Below are positions 18,154-26,977 of a DNA stretch of 39,939 nucleotides, piece by piece. Below the pieces are notes generated by a model. That model saw only the letters and a program-made list of their open reading frames with translations. It made no database searches and was not told where the DNA came from. The number at the start of each line of letters is the position of its first letter. Position 1 is the first letter of the stretch. The stretch is taken from positions 1,317 through 41,255 of the forward strand of contig JALRGY010000001.1 in the NCBI GenBank assembly GCA_023253325.1, given 5' to 3'. Source of the DNA: Candidatus Nanopelagicales bacterium. GTDB lineage: Bacteria; Actinomycetota; Actinomycetes; S36-B12. The position numbers and the translations under genes are program-made.

Positions 18154-19488
18154 GTGTCAGATCAGGGACCAGCGGAACAAGGAGCATCCGCTCAGCGTTC
18201 TCGTACCCGGCGTCTGGGCGGGGCAATGCGCCGAACGCCACTGCTGAAAGGCTTACCCAAAGAGGTGGCGGTTCTCTCAGCCATTGCATTTTTCGTTGCA
18301 ATTGGTTTTGGAATCCTGGCCCCTGCTCTGCCAATTTTTGCCAAGACATTTGATGTCAATGCGCTTCAGGCCAGTGCCGTCATTTCGTCATTTGCACTCA
18401 TGCGTTTCATTTTCGCTCCGATTGCCGGTGGTTTGGTTGACCGGATGGGTGAACGAATCGTTCTCACCAGCGGGCTGCTCATTGTTGCAACGTCAAGTGC
18501 CATCGCGGGGTTTTCCCAGACCTACCTGCAACTGATTGCATTCAGAGGCATTGGCGGTATTGGGTCTTCCATGTTTACCGTCTCAGCCATGGCACTTCTA
18601 CTGCGCGTGGTCGATTCCAACCAGCGAGGTCGCGCAGCCAGCGCTTTTCAAGGCGGCTTCCTCTTGGGCGGAGTCGCAGGTCCGGCAGTTGGTGGGATCG
18701 TTGTTGCGATCTCAATCCGGGCTCCATTTTTTGTCTACGCCGGATCACTGTTCATCGCAGCGCTCGTCACACTCGTTTTTCTGAGCCGTGCTCAGCTGCT
18801 CGAGCGTGAGGAACGCGTTTCACAAGGTCAAGCGGGCAAACTTCAGGAATTGCGCACAGCCCTGAGCAGCAAGGCCTACCAGGCTGCTCTCGGCACGAAC
18901 TTGATTGCAGGCTTTGTTTCATTTGGATTGAGAAGCTCAGTGGTTCCGCTCTTTGTTGTTGAGGCACTTCAACGTGGGGCATCACTCTCTGGCTTCGGTT
19001 TCCTTGCAGCTGCCGCAGTGCAAGCGCTAATGCTGCTTCCCGCTGGTCGAATGGCTGACACTCAAGGACGCCGAAAAGCCTTGCTCTTTGGCAGTACAGC
19101 GACCGCTATCGGAATGATCATTTTGACTCTGTCGGATATCGCAGTGAATGGCCTCGGCACCGCTGCAGTCGCAGGCACCGTCCTGTTCCTCGTGTCGATG
19201 GCCATGCAGGGTTTTGGTGCCGCATTCTTGGGATCGGCACCGTCAGCGGTGGTCGGCGACGTGATGGGTGGCAAGAAGGGCGGCATTGTCGTGGCCACCT
19301 TCCAAATGATGAGCGATGTTGGCGCCATCATTGGGCCGCTCATAGCCGGGCTATTGGTGGATCTCTTCGACTTTAACTGGGCCTTTGCCGTGGGTGCGGC
19401 CTTGGCGCTCATTCCCATTCTCCTCGTCCTTCGCATGCCTGAGACATTGGTTAAACATGGGGTCTCAAAAACTCAAGATGATGCTTGA
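18154..19488 (+). CDS. MFS transporter (start uncertain: 18142/18154/18226)
   Basis: About 12 hydrophobic segments; motif A GGLVDRMGER and GRMADTQGRR. Confidence 0.92.
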   Translation: MSDQGPAEQGASAQRSRTRRLGGAMRRTPLLKGLPKEVAVLSAIAFFVAIGFGILAPALPIFAKTFDVNALQASAVISSFALMRFIFAPIAGGLVDRMGERIVLTSGLLIVATSSAIAGFSQTYLQLIAFRGIGGIGSSMFTVSAMALLLRVVDSNQRGRAASAFQGGFLLGGVAGPAVGGIVVAISIRAPFFVYAGSLFIAALVTLVFLSRAQLLEREERVSQGQAGKLQELRTALSSKAYQAALGTNLIAGFVSFGLRSSVVPLFVVEALQRGASLSGFGFLAAAAVQALMLLPAGRMADTQGRRKALLFGSTATAIGMIILTLSDIAVNGLGTAAVAGTVLFLVSMAMQGFGAAFLGSAPSAVVGDVMGGKKGGIVVATFQMMSDVGAIIGPLIAGLLVDLFDFNWAFAVGAALALIPILLVLRMPETLVKHGVSKTQDDA

Positions 19489-19601
19489 CCTGAGGCATGG
19501 GGTTGTCCCACGACTGAATCTGATGACGTACGCTGTCGTAGTTACCCTTCCCACGCTCTCACAGGGCGTTTTCACAAGAGCGAACCAGAAAGAGCCAATG
19601 C

Positions 19602-21239
19602 GTGAGTGATTCGTCAAATTCCGTGCCTGAGATTGCGCCTGCCCCGCGCTCTCCCCGCAGGTGGCTCAACACCATTGTCGCAGTCGGAACAACCCTGACA
19701 CTCGTTGTGACCGGAACGATCTTTTTCGTTAGTTCGACTCGTTCCACCCCCGCGCAAGCAGATTCCATGGAGGACCCGTCAGGATCATCTAGTTCCCTAG
19801 AAAACCCGCTGACAGAAGTAGCCGCGGACGTCAACACGGGCCCATCACTATCTGATGTCAAGAACGTTGTATTCATTCTGGCCGATGACCTTGATTGGAA
19901 CCTGTTCAATCAGCTCCCTCGTCTGGTTGCCCTCCGCGATCAAGGCATGACTTTTACCAATCACACCGTGACCGATTCACTGTGTTGTCCTTCGCGAGTT
20001 TCAATTCTTCGCGGTCAGTACATTCATAACCACAAAGTGATTTCAAATATCTCTGAAACTGGTGGGGGTTGGCCCACATTCCGCCAACGCGGCGAGGAAA
20101 AGGACTGTCTTCCCGTGTGGTTGTCCAATGCTGGCGTCACAACCGCGTTGTACGGGAAATACTTGAATGACTATCCCGAAAAGCCCGGTCAGGCAACGTA
20201 TGTCCCACCAGGTTGGGACGAATGGGCCGTGCCAATATCGCGCGGAGATTCATACACCGGGTACAACTATGTTCTCAATGAAAATGGGAAGTTGAAGTCC
20301 TTTGGCAAAAAACCTCAAGACTTTCTTAACGATGTAATCACGAACAAAGCGGCAAACTTCATTAGAACCGCACAAGAACCGTTCTTTCTCGAGCTGGCCA
20401 CCTACAGCCCACACAGGCCAGCTCCCGTTGCCCGGCGAAACCTCAATAAGCAAGGGGGCACCATCGCCCCACGAACACCCTTGTACAACACATATGGCAT
20501 TGATGAGCCCGCCTGGATGAGCGGTAATCGACTACTCAATGCCAAGCAACTCGCGAATGTTGACAAACAATGGCGCAAGCGAGCCAAATCCGCTGAGTCC
20601 GTGGCGGACTCGGTCCAGGCGTTAATGGCGATGTTGAAGGCAACCGGCAAAGATCAAAACACTCTTGTTGTTGTTACAACTGACAATGGGTACCACATGG
20701 CCGAACGTCGGATGTTCAAAGGAAAACGCACTCCATACGCCAGTGACACCGTGGTCCCGATGGTTGTTATTGGCCCCGGAGTTCCCGCCGGCTCAACGGT
20801 CAATGAGATGACAAGCACCATTGACTTGGCTCCAACGTTCTCAGAGGTTCTTGGAACTTCGGCGCCTAATTGGGTTGATGGGCGCTCCATCATGGGCTTC
20901 CTGCCAACTAGTGAGACACCCATTGACTGGCGTGATGCAGCCCTCTCAGAGAGTCTTGGAATTTCAACACCGGACGATCCCGACTATCAAAAGAATGCCC
21001 CGCCTCAGTTCTTTGCACTCCGAACACCGACCTGGCTTTATGTTGAATACGTGGATGGCTCGCGCACTCTCTATAACCGCGAAAATGACCCCTTTGAGAT
21101 GGTCAATCTGGTCAAGAGTGCTGACCCACTCCTCCTTGCGAGTTTGTCTGCCCAACTCCAGCAGCTCAGCACCTGTTCAGGTGACACGTGCCGCGTGGCC
21201 GATTCACTTCAACTCCCACAATCGGCAGCCATCAACTAA
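19602..21239 (+). CDS. exported Cys-type sulfatase (N-acetylglucosamine-6-sulfatase-like)
   Basis: NVVFILADD, LCCPSRVSILRGQY.HNH, YGKYLN, TDNGYH, GKR; N-terminal RR plus hydrophobic segment. Confidence 0.92.
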   Translation: MSDSSNSVPEIAPAPRSPRRWLNTIVAVGTTLTLVVTGTIFFVSSTRSTPAQADSMEDPSGSSSSLENPLTEVAADVNTGPSLSDVKNVVFILADDLDWNLFNQLPRLVALRDQGMTFTNHTVTDSLCCPSRVSILRGQYIHNHKVISNISETGGGWPTFRQRGEEKDCLPVWLSNAGVTTALYGKYLNDYPEKPGQATYVPPGWDEWAVPISRGDSYTGYNYVLNENGKLKSFGKKPQDFLNDVITNKAANFIRTAQEPFFLELATYSPHRPAPVARRNLNKQGGTIAPRTPLYNTYGIDEPAWMSGNRLLNAKQLANVDKQWRKRAKSAESVADSVQALMAMLKATGKDQNTLVVVTTDNGYHMAERRMFKGKRTPYASDTVVPMVVIGPGVPAGSTVNEMTSTIDLAPTFSEVLGTSAPNWVDGRSIMGFLPTSETPIDWRDAALSESLGISTPDDPDYQKNAPPQFFALRTPTWLYVEYVDGSRTLYNRENDPFEMVNLVKSADPLLLASLSAQLQQLSTCSGDTCRVADSLQLPQSAAIN

Positions 21240-21272
21240 AAGAGATACTCGCGCAGGGACGTACGAGTTGGA

Positions 21273-22448
21273 TCAGCCAAGGACCTGGGCCATCGCCTTT
21301 TCTAGGTCAGCGATGAGGTCCTCAGAGTTTTCTATTCCAACACTGAGTCGAACCAGATCGCTCGGAACCTCAAGCGGACTTCCTGCAACAGAAGCGTGCG
21401 TCATGCGGCCCGGATGTTCAATGAGCGACTCAACACCGCCCAAAGATTCACCAAGAGTAAAGACTTCAGTGTTGGCGCAAATGTCGAGTGCAGCTTGCTC
21501 ACCCTTCTTGACTCGGAAGGAGACCATGCCACCAAAACCACTCATTTGCTTCTTGGCTACTTCATGATTGGGGTGACTCTCCAGCCCTGGCCATAGCACT
21601 GTGCTCACACCACTGTGGGCAGCTAGGAAGTTCACGACGTCCTGCGCGTTGGAATTGTGACGGTCCATGCGGACGCCCAAAGTCTTGATTCCACGTAATA
21701 CCAACCATGAGTCAAATGGTCCAGCAATCGCACCCATCGCGTTCTGGTGATACGCGAGTTGTTCTGCGAGCTCGGCATCTTTCACCACGAGGGCTCCGCC
21801 CACGACATCGCTATGGCCACCGAGGTACTTGGTCGTACTGTGGATTACAACATCAGCGCCAAGCAAAAGCGGCTGCTGCAAGTAAGGCGAGGCAAATGTG
21901 TTGTCAACGACAAGAATGGCACCTTTATCGTGCGCAACCTGCGCGATTGCCGCAATGTCACCGACGTTGAGCAATGGATTGGTTGGAGTCTCAATCCAAA
22001 CCAATTTGGTGTTGGGCACAATGGACGCGGCTATGGCTTCCGGGCTTGTGATGTCGGCTGGCGTAGTTTGAATTCCCCACGGCTCGGCAACCTTCTTGAA
22101 CAAACGGTACGTGCCGCCGTAGGCGTCATTGGGAAGAACGGCGTGATCTCCTGGCTTGAGCACAGTGCGAATGACAGTGTCTTCAGCGGCTAGACCCGAC
22201 GCAAAGGCTAGACCCCTGGCGGTCTCTATTCCTGGGGCCTCGAGGGCTGCCATGCACTCCTGCAAAGCCGTTCTCGTTGGGTTCGCACTTCGTGAGTATT
22301 CATAGCCTCCGCGCAAGCCACCCACGCCATCTTGAGCGTATGTTGAAACTTGGTAGATCGGCGGAACCACTGCGCCCGTCAAAGGGTCTGGTTCTTGGCC
22401 GGCGTGAATTGCTCGCGTGTTGAATCCGTCGATGTTCAATTCTTTCAT
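21273..22448 (-). CDS. metB: cystathionine gamma-synthase/gamma-lyase
   Basis: YSRSANPTR, ETPTNP, VDNTF, HSTTKYLGGHSD, ESLGGVESL. Confidence 0.94.
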   Translation of the reverse strand: MKELNIDGFNTRAIHAGQEPDPLTGAVVPPIYQVSTYAQDGVGGLRGGYEYSRSANPTRTALQECMAALEAPGIETARGLAFASGLAAEDTVIRTVLKPGDHAVLPNDAYGGTYRLFKKVAEPWGIQTTPADITSPEAIAASIVPNTKLVWIETPTNPLLNVGDIAAIAQVAHDKGAILVVDNTFASPYLQQPLLLGADVVIHSTTKYLGGHSDVVGGALVVKDAELAEQLAYHQNAMGAIAGPFDSWLVLRGIKTLGVRMDRHNSNAQDVVNFLAAHSGVSTVLWPGLESHPNHEVAKKQMSGFGGMVSFRVKKGEQAALDICANTEVFTLGESLGGVESLIEHPGRMTHASVAGSPLEVPSDLVRLSVGIENSEDLIADLEKAMAQVLG

Positions 22449-22494
22449 AGTGACAGCCTATGCCGACTCGCTCAATCCGGTTTAGGCTCATGTC

Positions 22495-23145
22495 ATGTTC
22501 GGAAAACCGTCACACAAGTCGACCCTCGTCACGCCCGACAAAGCACTGCCGGGTCGATCGTCTCGTCCTCTACCCGCAGGTGATTTACATGCTGTTTTTG
22601 GGACCCCCCTTGAAGGGCCGTGGCCCGATGGCTCGCTGTGCATCTACCTCGGAGCAGGTTGCTACTGGGGTGTTGAGGAGATCTACTGGCAAACCCCCGG
22701 TGTCGTGGGCTCGAGTGTCGGTTTCATGGGAGGCATTACGCCGCATCCCACGTATGAGGAAACCTGTACGGGCCTCACGGGCCACACCGAAACAACATTA
22801 GTTGTTTATGATCCATCCGTAATTTCAACTTTAGAAATCTTGCGAATCTTCTGGGAAAACCATGACCCCACCCAAGGTATGCGCCAAGGCAATGACATTG
22901 GTTCCCAGTATCGTTCTGCCATTTTTTGGACGACACAAGAGCAAGAAGAACTCGCACTTGCAACTGCCGCTAGTTACGGCGTGGTCCTTGCTGAGCGAGG
23001 TTATGGTGACATTACGACTGAAATTGCACCCGCGAGTGAATTTACCTACTACCTCGCGCAGGAATCACACCAGCAGTACCTGTACAAAAATCCCAATGGG
23101 TATCGGTGTCATGCGAACACCGGCATTGCCCTACCAGCGCTTTAG
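22495..23145 (+). CDS. msrA: peptide-methionine (S)-S-oxide reductase
   Basis: GCYWGVE active site, HDPTQGMRQGNDIGSQYRS, HQQYL.KNP.GY.C. Confidence 0.97.
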   Translation: MFGKPSHKSTLVTPDKALPGRSSRPLPAGDLHAVFGTPLEGPWPDGSLCIYLGAGCYWGVEEIYWQTPGVVGSSVGFMGGITPHPTYEETCTGLTGHTETTLVVYDPSVISTLEILRIFWENHDPTQGMRQGNDIGSQYRSAIFWTTQEQEELALATAASYGVVLAERGYGDITTEIAPASEFTYYLAQESHQQYLYKNPNGYRCHANTGIALPAL

Positions 23146-23173
23146 TTGGACTCAAAAAAACTCTTCATGGGAC

Positions 23174-24550
23174 TTACTCGGAGAGGTACGCCAGTACATC
23201 CTGTCGGGTGATGACGCCCGTGGGCTTTCCATCGTCCACCACCATGAGCGCATCAGATGTTTGCAACGCGTCCATTGCCGTGGACACCGACTCTCCCGCC
23301 CCAACCATGGGAAGTGGTGCGGACATCACAGACTCAACTGAGTCGGCTAGGTGCGCTTTGCCCGTGAACAGCGCATCAAGGACATCGCGCTCAATAACGG
23401 CACCAGAAACCTCTGCTGTCATGACTGGAGGCTCCGCGCGAACAACGGGGATCTGGGATACGCCATATTCCCGCAAAATCGCTACGGCATCGGCAACTGA
23501 CTCCGTTGGGTGAGTGTGCACCAAATCAGGAATATCACCACTCACGGACTTTGACCGAAGAACGTCTCCGATTGTGCGATCGGTGTCGGCCTGCAAGAAA
23601 CCGTAGGTGGACAGCCATTCGTCGTTGAACACTTTGGAAAGATAACCACGCCCGGAGTCGGGCAGCAACACAATCACAATAGAACCTGGTTCAGCTTTCG
23701 CAGCGACGCGAAGTGCGGCAACAACGGCCATGCCACATGATCCACCAACGAGCAGACCCTCTTCACGGGCCATGCGACGAGTCATGTCGAATGAGTCCTT
23801 GTCAGACACTGCAATGATTTCATCGGCAATATTTGGGTCGTAGGCAGTGGGCCAGAAGTCTTCACCGACGCCCTCAACGAGATAGGGGCGACCCGAGCCA
23901 CCGGAATAGACGGAACCCTCGGGATCTGCTCCAATAACCTTCACCGCACCGTTACTGGCTTCTTTCAAGTACCGGCCCGTGCCTGAAATGGTGCCACCGG
24001 TGCCAACTCCTGCAACAAAATGCGTAATCTTTCCGTCAGTTTGTTCCCAGATCTCTGGTCCTGTTGTTTCGTAATGTGACCGGGGATTATTTGGGTTGGA
24101 ATATTGGTCGGGCTTCCAAGCGCCGGGTTCATTAGACAGCCGGTCGCTCACGCTGTAGTACGAGCGTGGATCTTCGGGGTCCACGGCGGTGGGGCACACA
24201 ACTACCTCTGCGCCGTAGGCACGAAGTACATTGCGCTTGTCCTCAGAGACTTTGTCCGGGCACACAAAAATGCACTTGTAACCGCGCTGCTGAGCAACCA
24301 TGGCCAATCCCACGCCAGTGTTACCGCTCGTTGGCTCAACAATCGTGCCACCTGGCTGCAGTGATCCATCCTTTTCAGCCGCATCAATCATGCGCTCAGC
24401 GATTCGATCTTTAACGGAGCCCCCAGGATTTACGTACTCAACCTTGGCCGCAACAATGACACCATCGGGGACAATTCCCTGGGTGACTTTGTTGAGGCGG
24501 ACTAGTGGCGTGTTACCAATTAGGTCAATGACTGAATCATGAATCTGCAC
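23174..24550 (-). CDS. cbs: cystathionine beta-synthase with C-terminal CBS domains
   Basis: NPGGSVKDR, PTSGNTG, GTGGT, CBS-domain pair. Confidence 0.96.
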   Translation of the reverse strand: MQIHDSVIDLIGNTPLVRLNKVTQGIVPDGVIVAAKVEYVNPGGSVKDRIAERMIDAAEKDGSLQPGGTIVEPTSGNTGVGLAMVAQQRGYKCIFVCPDKVSEDKRNVLRAYGAEVVVCPTAVDPEDPRSYYSVSDRLSNEPGAWKPDQYSNPNNPRSHYETTGPEIWEQTDGKITHFVAGVGTGGTISGTGRYLKEASNGAVKVIGADPEGSVYSGGSGRPYLVEGVGEDFWPTAYDPNIADEIIAVSDKDSFDMTRRMAREEGLLVGGSCGMAVVAALRVAAKAEPGSIVIVLLPDSGRGYLSKVFNDEWLSTYGFLQADTDRTIGDVLRSKSVSGDIPDLVHTHPTESVADAVAILREYGVSQIPVVRAEPPVMTAEVSGAVIERDVLDALFTGKAHLADSVESVMSAPLPMVGAGESVSTAMDALQTSDALMVVDDGKPTGVITRQDVLAYLSE

Positions 24551-24681
24551 GTGCTTACTCTAAAGGTGCTCACAGGTCGCGCATCTTGCGCCCAAGACTC
24601 TGCCTGCTAATAATCAGACTTAGTTGTTGCGAAATTTTCCCATTAAGTGCTCCGAGAGAGAACGGTGAATATGCTTCATGG

Positions 24682-24996
24682 GTGGAGAACTTCAGGGACG
24701 ACATTGCACGTGAGTTAGACCGAATCACCACACGGCTAACCGGGCTCAATGCAGAGCGGTTGGAAAACTCCGCACCGCTCGTGCATGGTTGCGCGGCCAA
24801 AATATTATCCGTGACACACGGTGCCGGCGAGGACAATGAAAAACGACCAACTGAACTGCCAATTGTTGGGCCATCGGCCACCGCGGCTCAACTCACAGTG
24901 GTTACACGTGATTACCTGGACAGCACGCCCTCATCGATTCAAGAGTTTCAAGTGGTCCTAGACGCCCTTGCACAATTGCGCCGTGAGCTTCCCTGA
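24682..24996 (+). CDS. hypothetical protein (104 aa)
   Basis: GTG 24682 preceded by TATGCT-N6; helical sequence; resembles from memory the small hypothetical found next to cbs in other actinobacteria (not verified). Confidence 0.7.
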   Translation: MENFRDDIARELDRITTRLTGLNAERLENSAPLVHGCAAKILSVTHGAGEDNEKRPTELPIVGPSATAAQLTVVTRDYLDSTPSSIQEFQVVLDALAQLRRELP

Positions 24997-25000
24997 AGGA

Positions 25001-25870
25001 TCAGTCGCGCCCAGCGAAGATTGCCAGGAAGCGCAGAATCTCGAGGTAAAGCCAGACGAGAGTGACCAAGAGTCCAAATGACAGCCTCCAGGACTCGCGC
25101 TCAGGCAGACCCATGGCAAGCCCTTGCTTGATGGCCTCAAAGTCCAACATGAGCGCAAAGGACGCAAGAAGCACACCGGCCGCGCAGAGCAAGAGCCCCC
25201 ATGTGCCGACGCCGTAGAAACCCCAACCGCCGCCAACACCAAACAGCGCACCAATGAGGGATGCGACCGCGATGATGGCATAACTGATCATGGCTGCAAA
25301 GAAGATCCGCATGAATTTGCCATTGACCTTGACGATTCCAGTGCCATACAAAAACAGCATTACGCCAAAAGCTGTCAACGTTCCAATAACGGCCTGTCCA
25401 ACAAGGCCCTCATAATCCTGTGCCAATGCAAGTTGGTTGTATGCCCAACTCACCGAACCCAACATCAACCCAGCGAAGACTGCATAAAGCATGACTAGCG
25501 CGGGCGAAACCGCCTTCTTGAACGCATTCGTCAGTCCAAAAACAAGTGCACCAATCAGACCGATCCACAGAACCATGGGCATGGAAGGCACAAGCGCCCA
25601 GCCAATGAATGCCATGACAACCGTGATGGCGAACAAAATCGCACTCTTCACAATGACGTCATTGAAAGTCAGGCGAGCACCGCCCCCCGCCGTGATTGTG
25701 GCGAATTGGGTGTCCGACGGTCCGCCGGCAGCTGGAGCAGTCGCAACAGGAGTTGCGACTCCGGCACCCGCTGCGGACGAGTAGGCGGACTTGCCTTCGT
25801 CATAGGCGAAACCCGCCCCAGACGTGGTTGGCTTCTCATATCGCTTCAAAATTGGATTAGATGACTGCAT
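25001..25870 (-). CDS. Bax inhibitor-1/YccA family membrane protein
   Basis: SSNPIL, T..DVIVKS, LMLDF..I, FGLLVTLVWLYLEILR. Confidence 0.93.
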   Translation of the reverse strand: MQSSNPILKRYEKPTTSGAGFAYDEGKSAYSSAAGAGVATPVATAPAAGGPSDTQFATITAGGGARLTFNDVIVKSAILFAITVVMAFIGWALVPSMPMVLWIGLIGALVFGLTNAFKKAVSPALVMLYAVFAGLMLGSVSWAYNQLALAQDYEGLVGQAVIGTLTAFGVMLFLYGTGIVKVNGKFMRIFFAAMISYAIIAVASLIGALFGVGGGWGFYGVGTWGLLLCAAGVLLASFALMLDFEAIKQGLAMGLPERESWRLSFGLLVTLVWLYLEILRFLAIFAGRD

Positions 25871-25911
25871 GAAACGATGATAACGCGGATTTCAAGAGTT
25901 TGCCAAGAGCC

Positions 25912-26256
25912 CTAACCCCACGAGGCGTCAGTCACAATTCCGTTCTCCACGGTGAAAGTCAGCCTGTCTTCACGGTAGTCCATGGTTACTGCCAGTGGCT
26001 CACCGTCAATCTCGCCAACTCGCCATGCAAAGCCAGCTTGCTCAACCCTTGCACCAGCCTCTTGCTCAGTGAGGCTATCGGCGATCAGGTTCAGTCGAAA
26101 CTCCTCGGAGGGACCAGACTCGATCTCCGTTGTTTGGCCCGCCGAAGGACTTGTCTCACTATCTCCTGAGCATCCGATTACTCCGAAGGAGACCGATGCA
26201 ACCATGAGAGTAGTGAAAACAAGCCCCTTGGCTCGGGACACTTTTGGACTATTCAT
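25912..26256 (-). CDS. lipoprotein with I78/potato-inhibitor-like C-terminal motif
   Basis: Lipobox VIGC; VTMDYREDRLTFTVENGIV motif; ATG 26256 preceded by TAGACT-N6. Confidence 0.7.
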   Translation of the reverse strand: MNSPKVSRAKGLVFTTLMVASVSFGVIGCSGDSETSPSAGQTTEIESGPSEEFRLNLIADSLTEQEAGARVEQAGFAWRVGEIDGEPLAVTMDYREDRLTFTVENGIVTDASWG

Positions 26257-26304
26257 AACCACAGTCTAGGCCCATGCGTCTGGGCTAGAGGGGTCAAATA
26301 TCGA

Positions 26305-26784
26305 TCAACCCTTCGCGTGTGACTTTACCCATTGGGCTGAATTCCCCGCGAAGAGTGAGATAAAGCCCACCAACAAGAGGGCGGTAAAGCCAAGTGAGAA
26401 AAAGTCGGCCATTTCAGAATCTAATGGCGTTCCATCGGCGCTACGCCCCGCGGCAATAATCTGGCCCACGAGGCCCACCGCGAAGTAAATCGTGCCGGTC
26501 AGTCGAACAGCCGGCATATATTCGCCTCGATAAAGCAAGAACCCGAACATGAACGTGACCACCATCATGGTGACAAAAATGTATTGGGAATTGGCAAGGT
26601 AGTCATAAATCGCATGGACATCGGGGCCAGATTCAGATGCCTTAAAGCCCATTTCAGCCCACGCCTCAACACTGGCCGGGTTGGAACTGACCAAAAGATC
26701 ACTGACAATCGAACTCAACAGGTGTGATGCCTGAATGAAACATAATGTGGCGAGGGCAACTATCTGCCATGGCTTAGTCGACAT
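26305..26784 (-). CDS. hypothetical 4-TM membrane protein
   Basis: MSTKPWQIVALA...; AAGGA SD; four hydrophobic segments. The ORF-track extension to 26931 overlaps the tRNA and is rejected. Confidence 0.75.
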   Translation of the reverse strand: MSTKPWQIVALATLCFIQASHLLSSIVSDLLVSSNPASVEAWAEMGFKASESGPDVHAIYDYLANSQYIFVTMMVVTFMFGFLLYRGEYMPAVRLTGTIYFAVGLVGQIIAAGRSADGTPLDSEMADFFSLGFTALLLVGFISLFAGNSAQWVKSHAKG

Positions 26785-26854
26785 TGGCGTGCTTCCTTTT
26801 TCTGGGTTTTGCCAGCGCCATGTAGCGCAAGCAATTGTGGACCATTCGGCCACG

Positions 26855-26928
26855 TGTCCCCGATGGGATTCGAACCCATACTGTGCCGGGTTTAAGCCGG
26901 GTGTCTCTACCGGTTGGACTACGGGGAC
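26855..26928 (-). tRNA. tRNA-Leu (anticodon TAA), 74 nt, short variable loop, CCA not encoded
   Basis: GTCCCCG/CGGGGAC acceptor stem, D-arm GTC..GG..GAC, anticodon loop CTTAAAC, T-arm ATGGG-TTCGAAT-CCCAT, discriminator A. Confidence 0.92.
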
Positions 26929-26977
26929 CACATGTGCCTGCTAACCCTACAAAGGGCCCCTCAGTCTCTATGCCCCG

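Noticed and set aside
22449-22494. SAM riboswitch or T-box for metB
   Set aside because: The intergenic region is only 46 bp and fully explained by two promoters.
26785-26931. N-terminal extension of the 208-aa ORF
   Set aside because: Runs through the tRNA gene; an SD supports ATG 26784.
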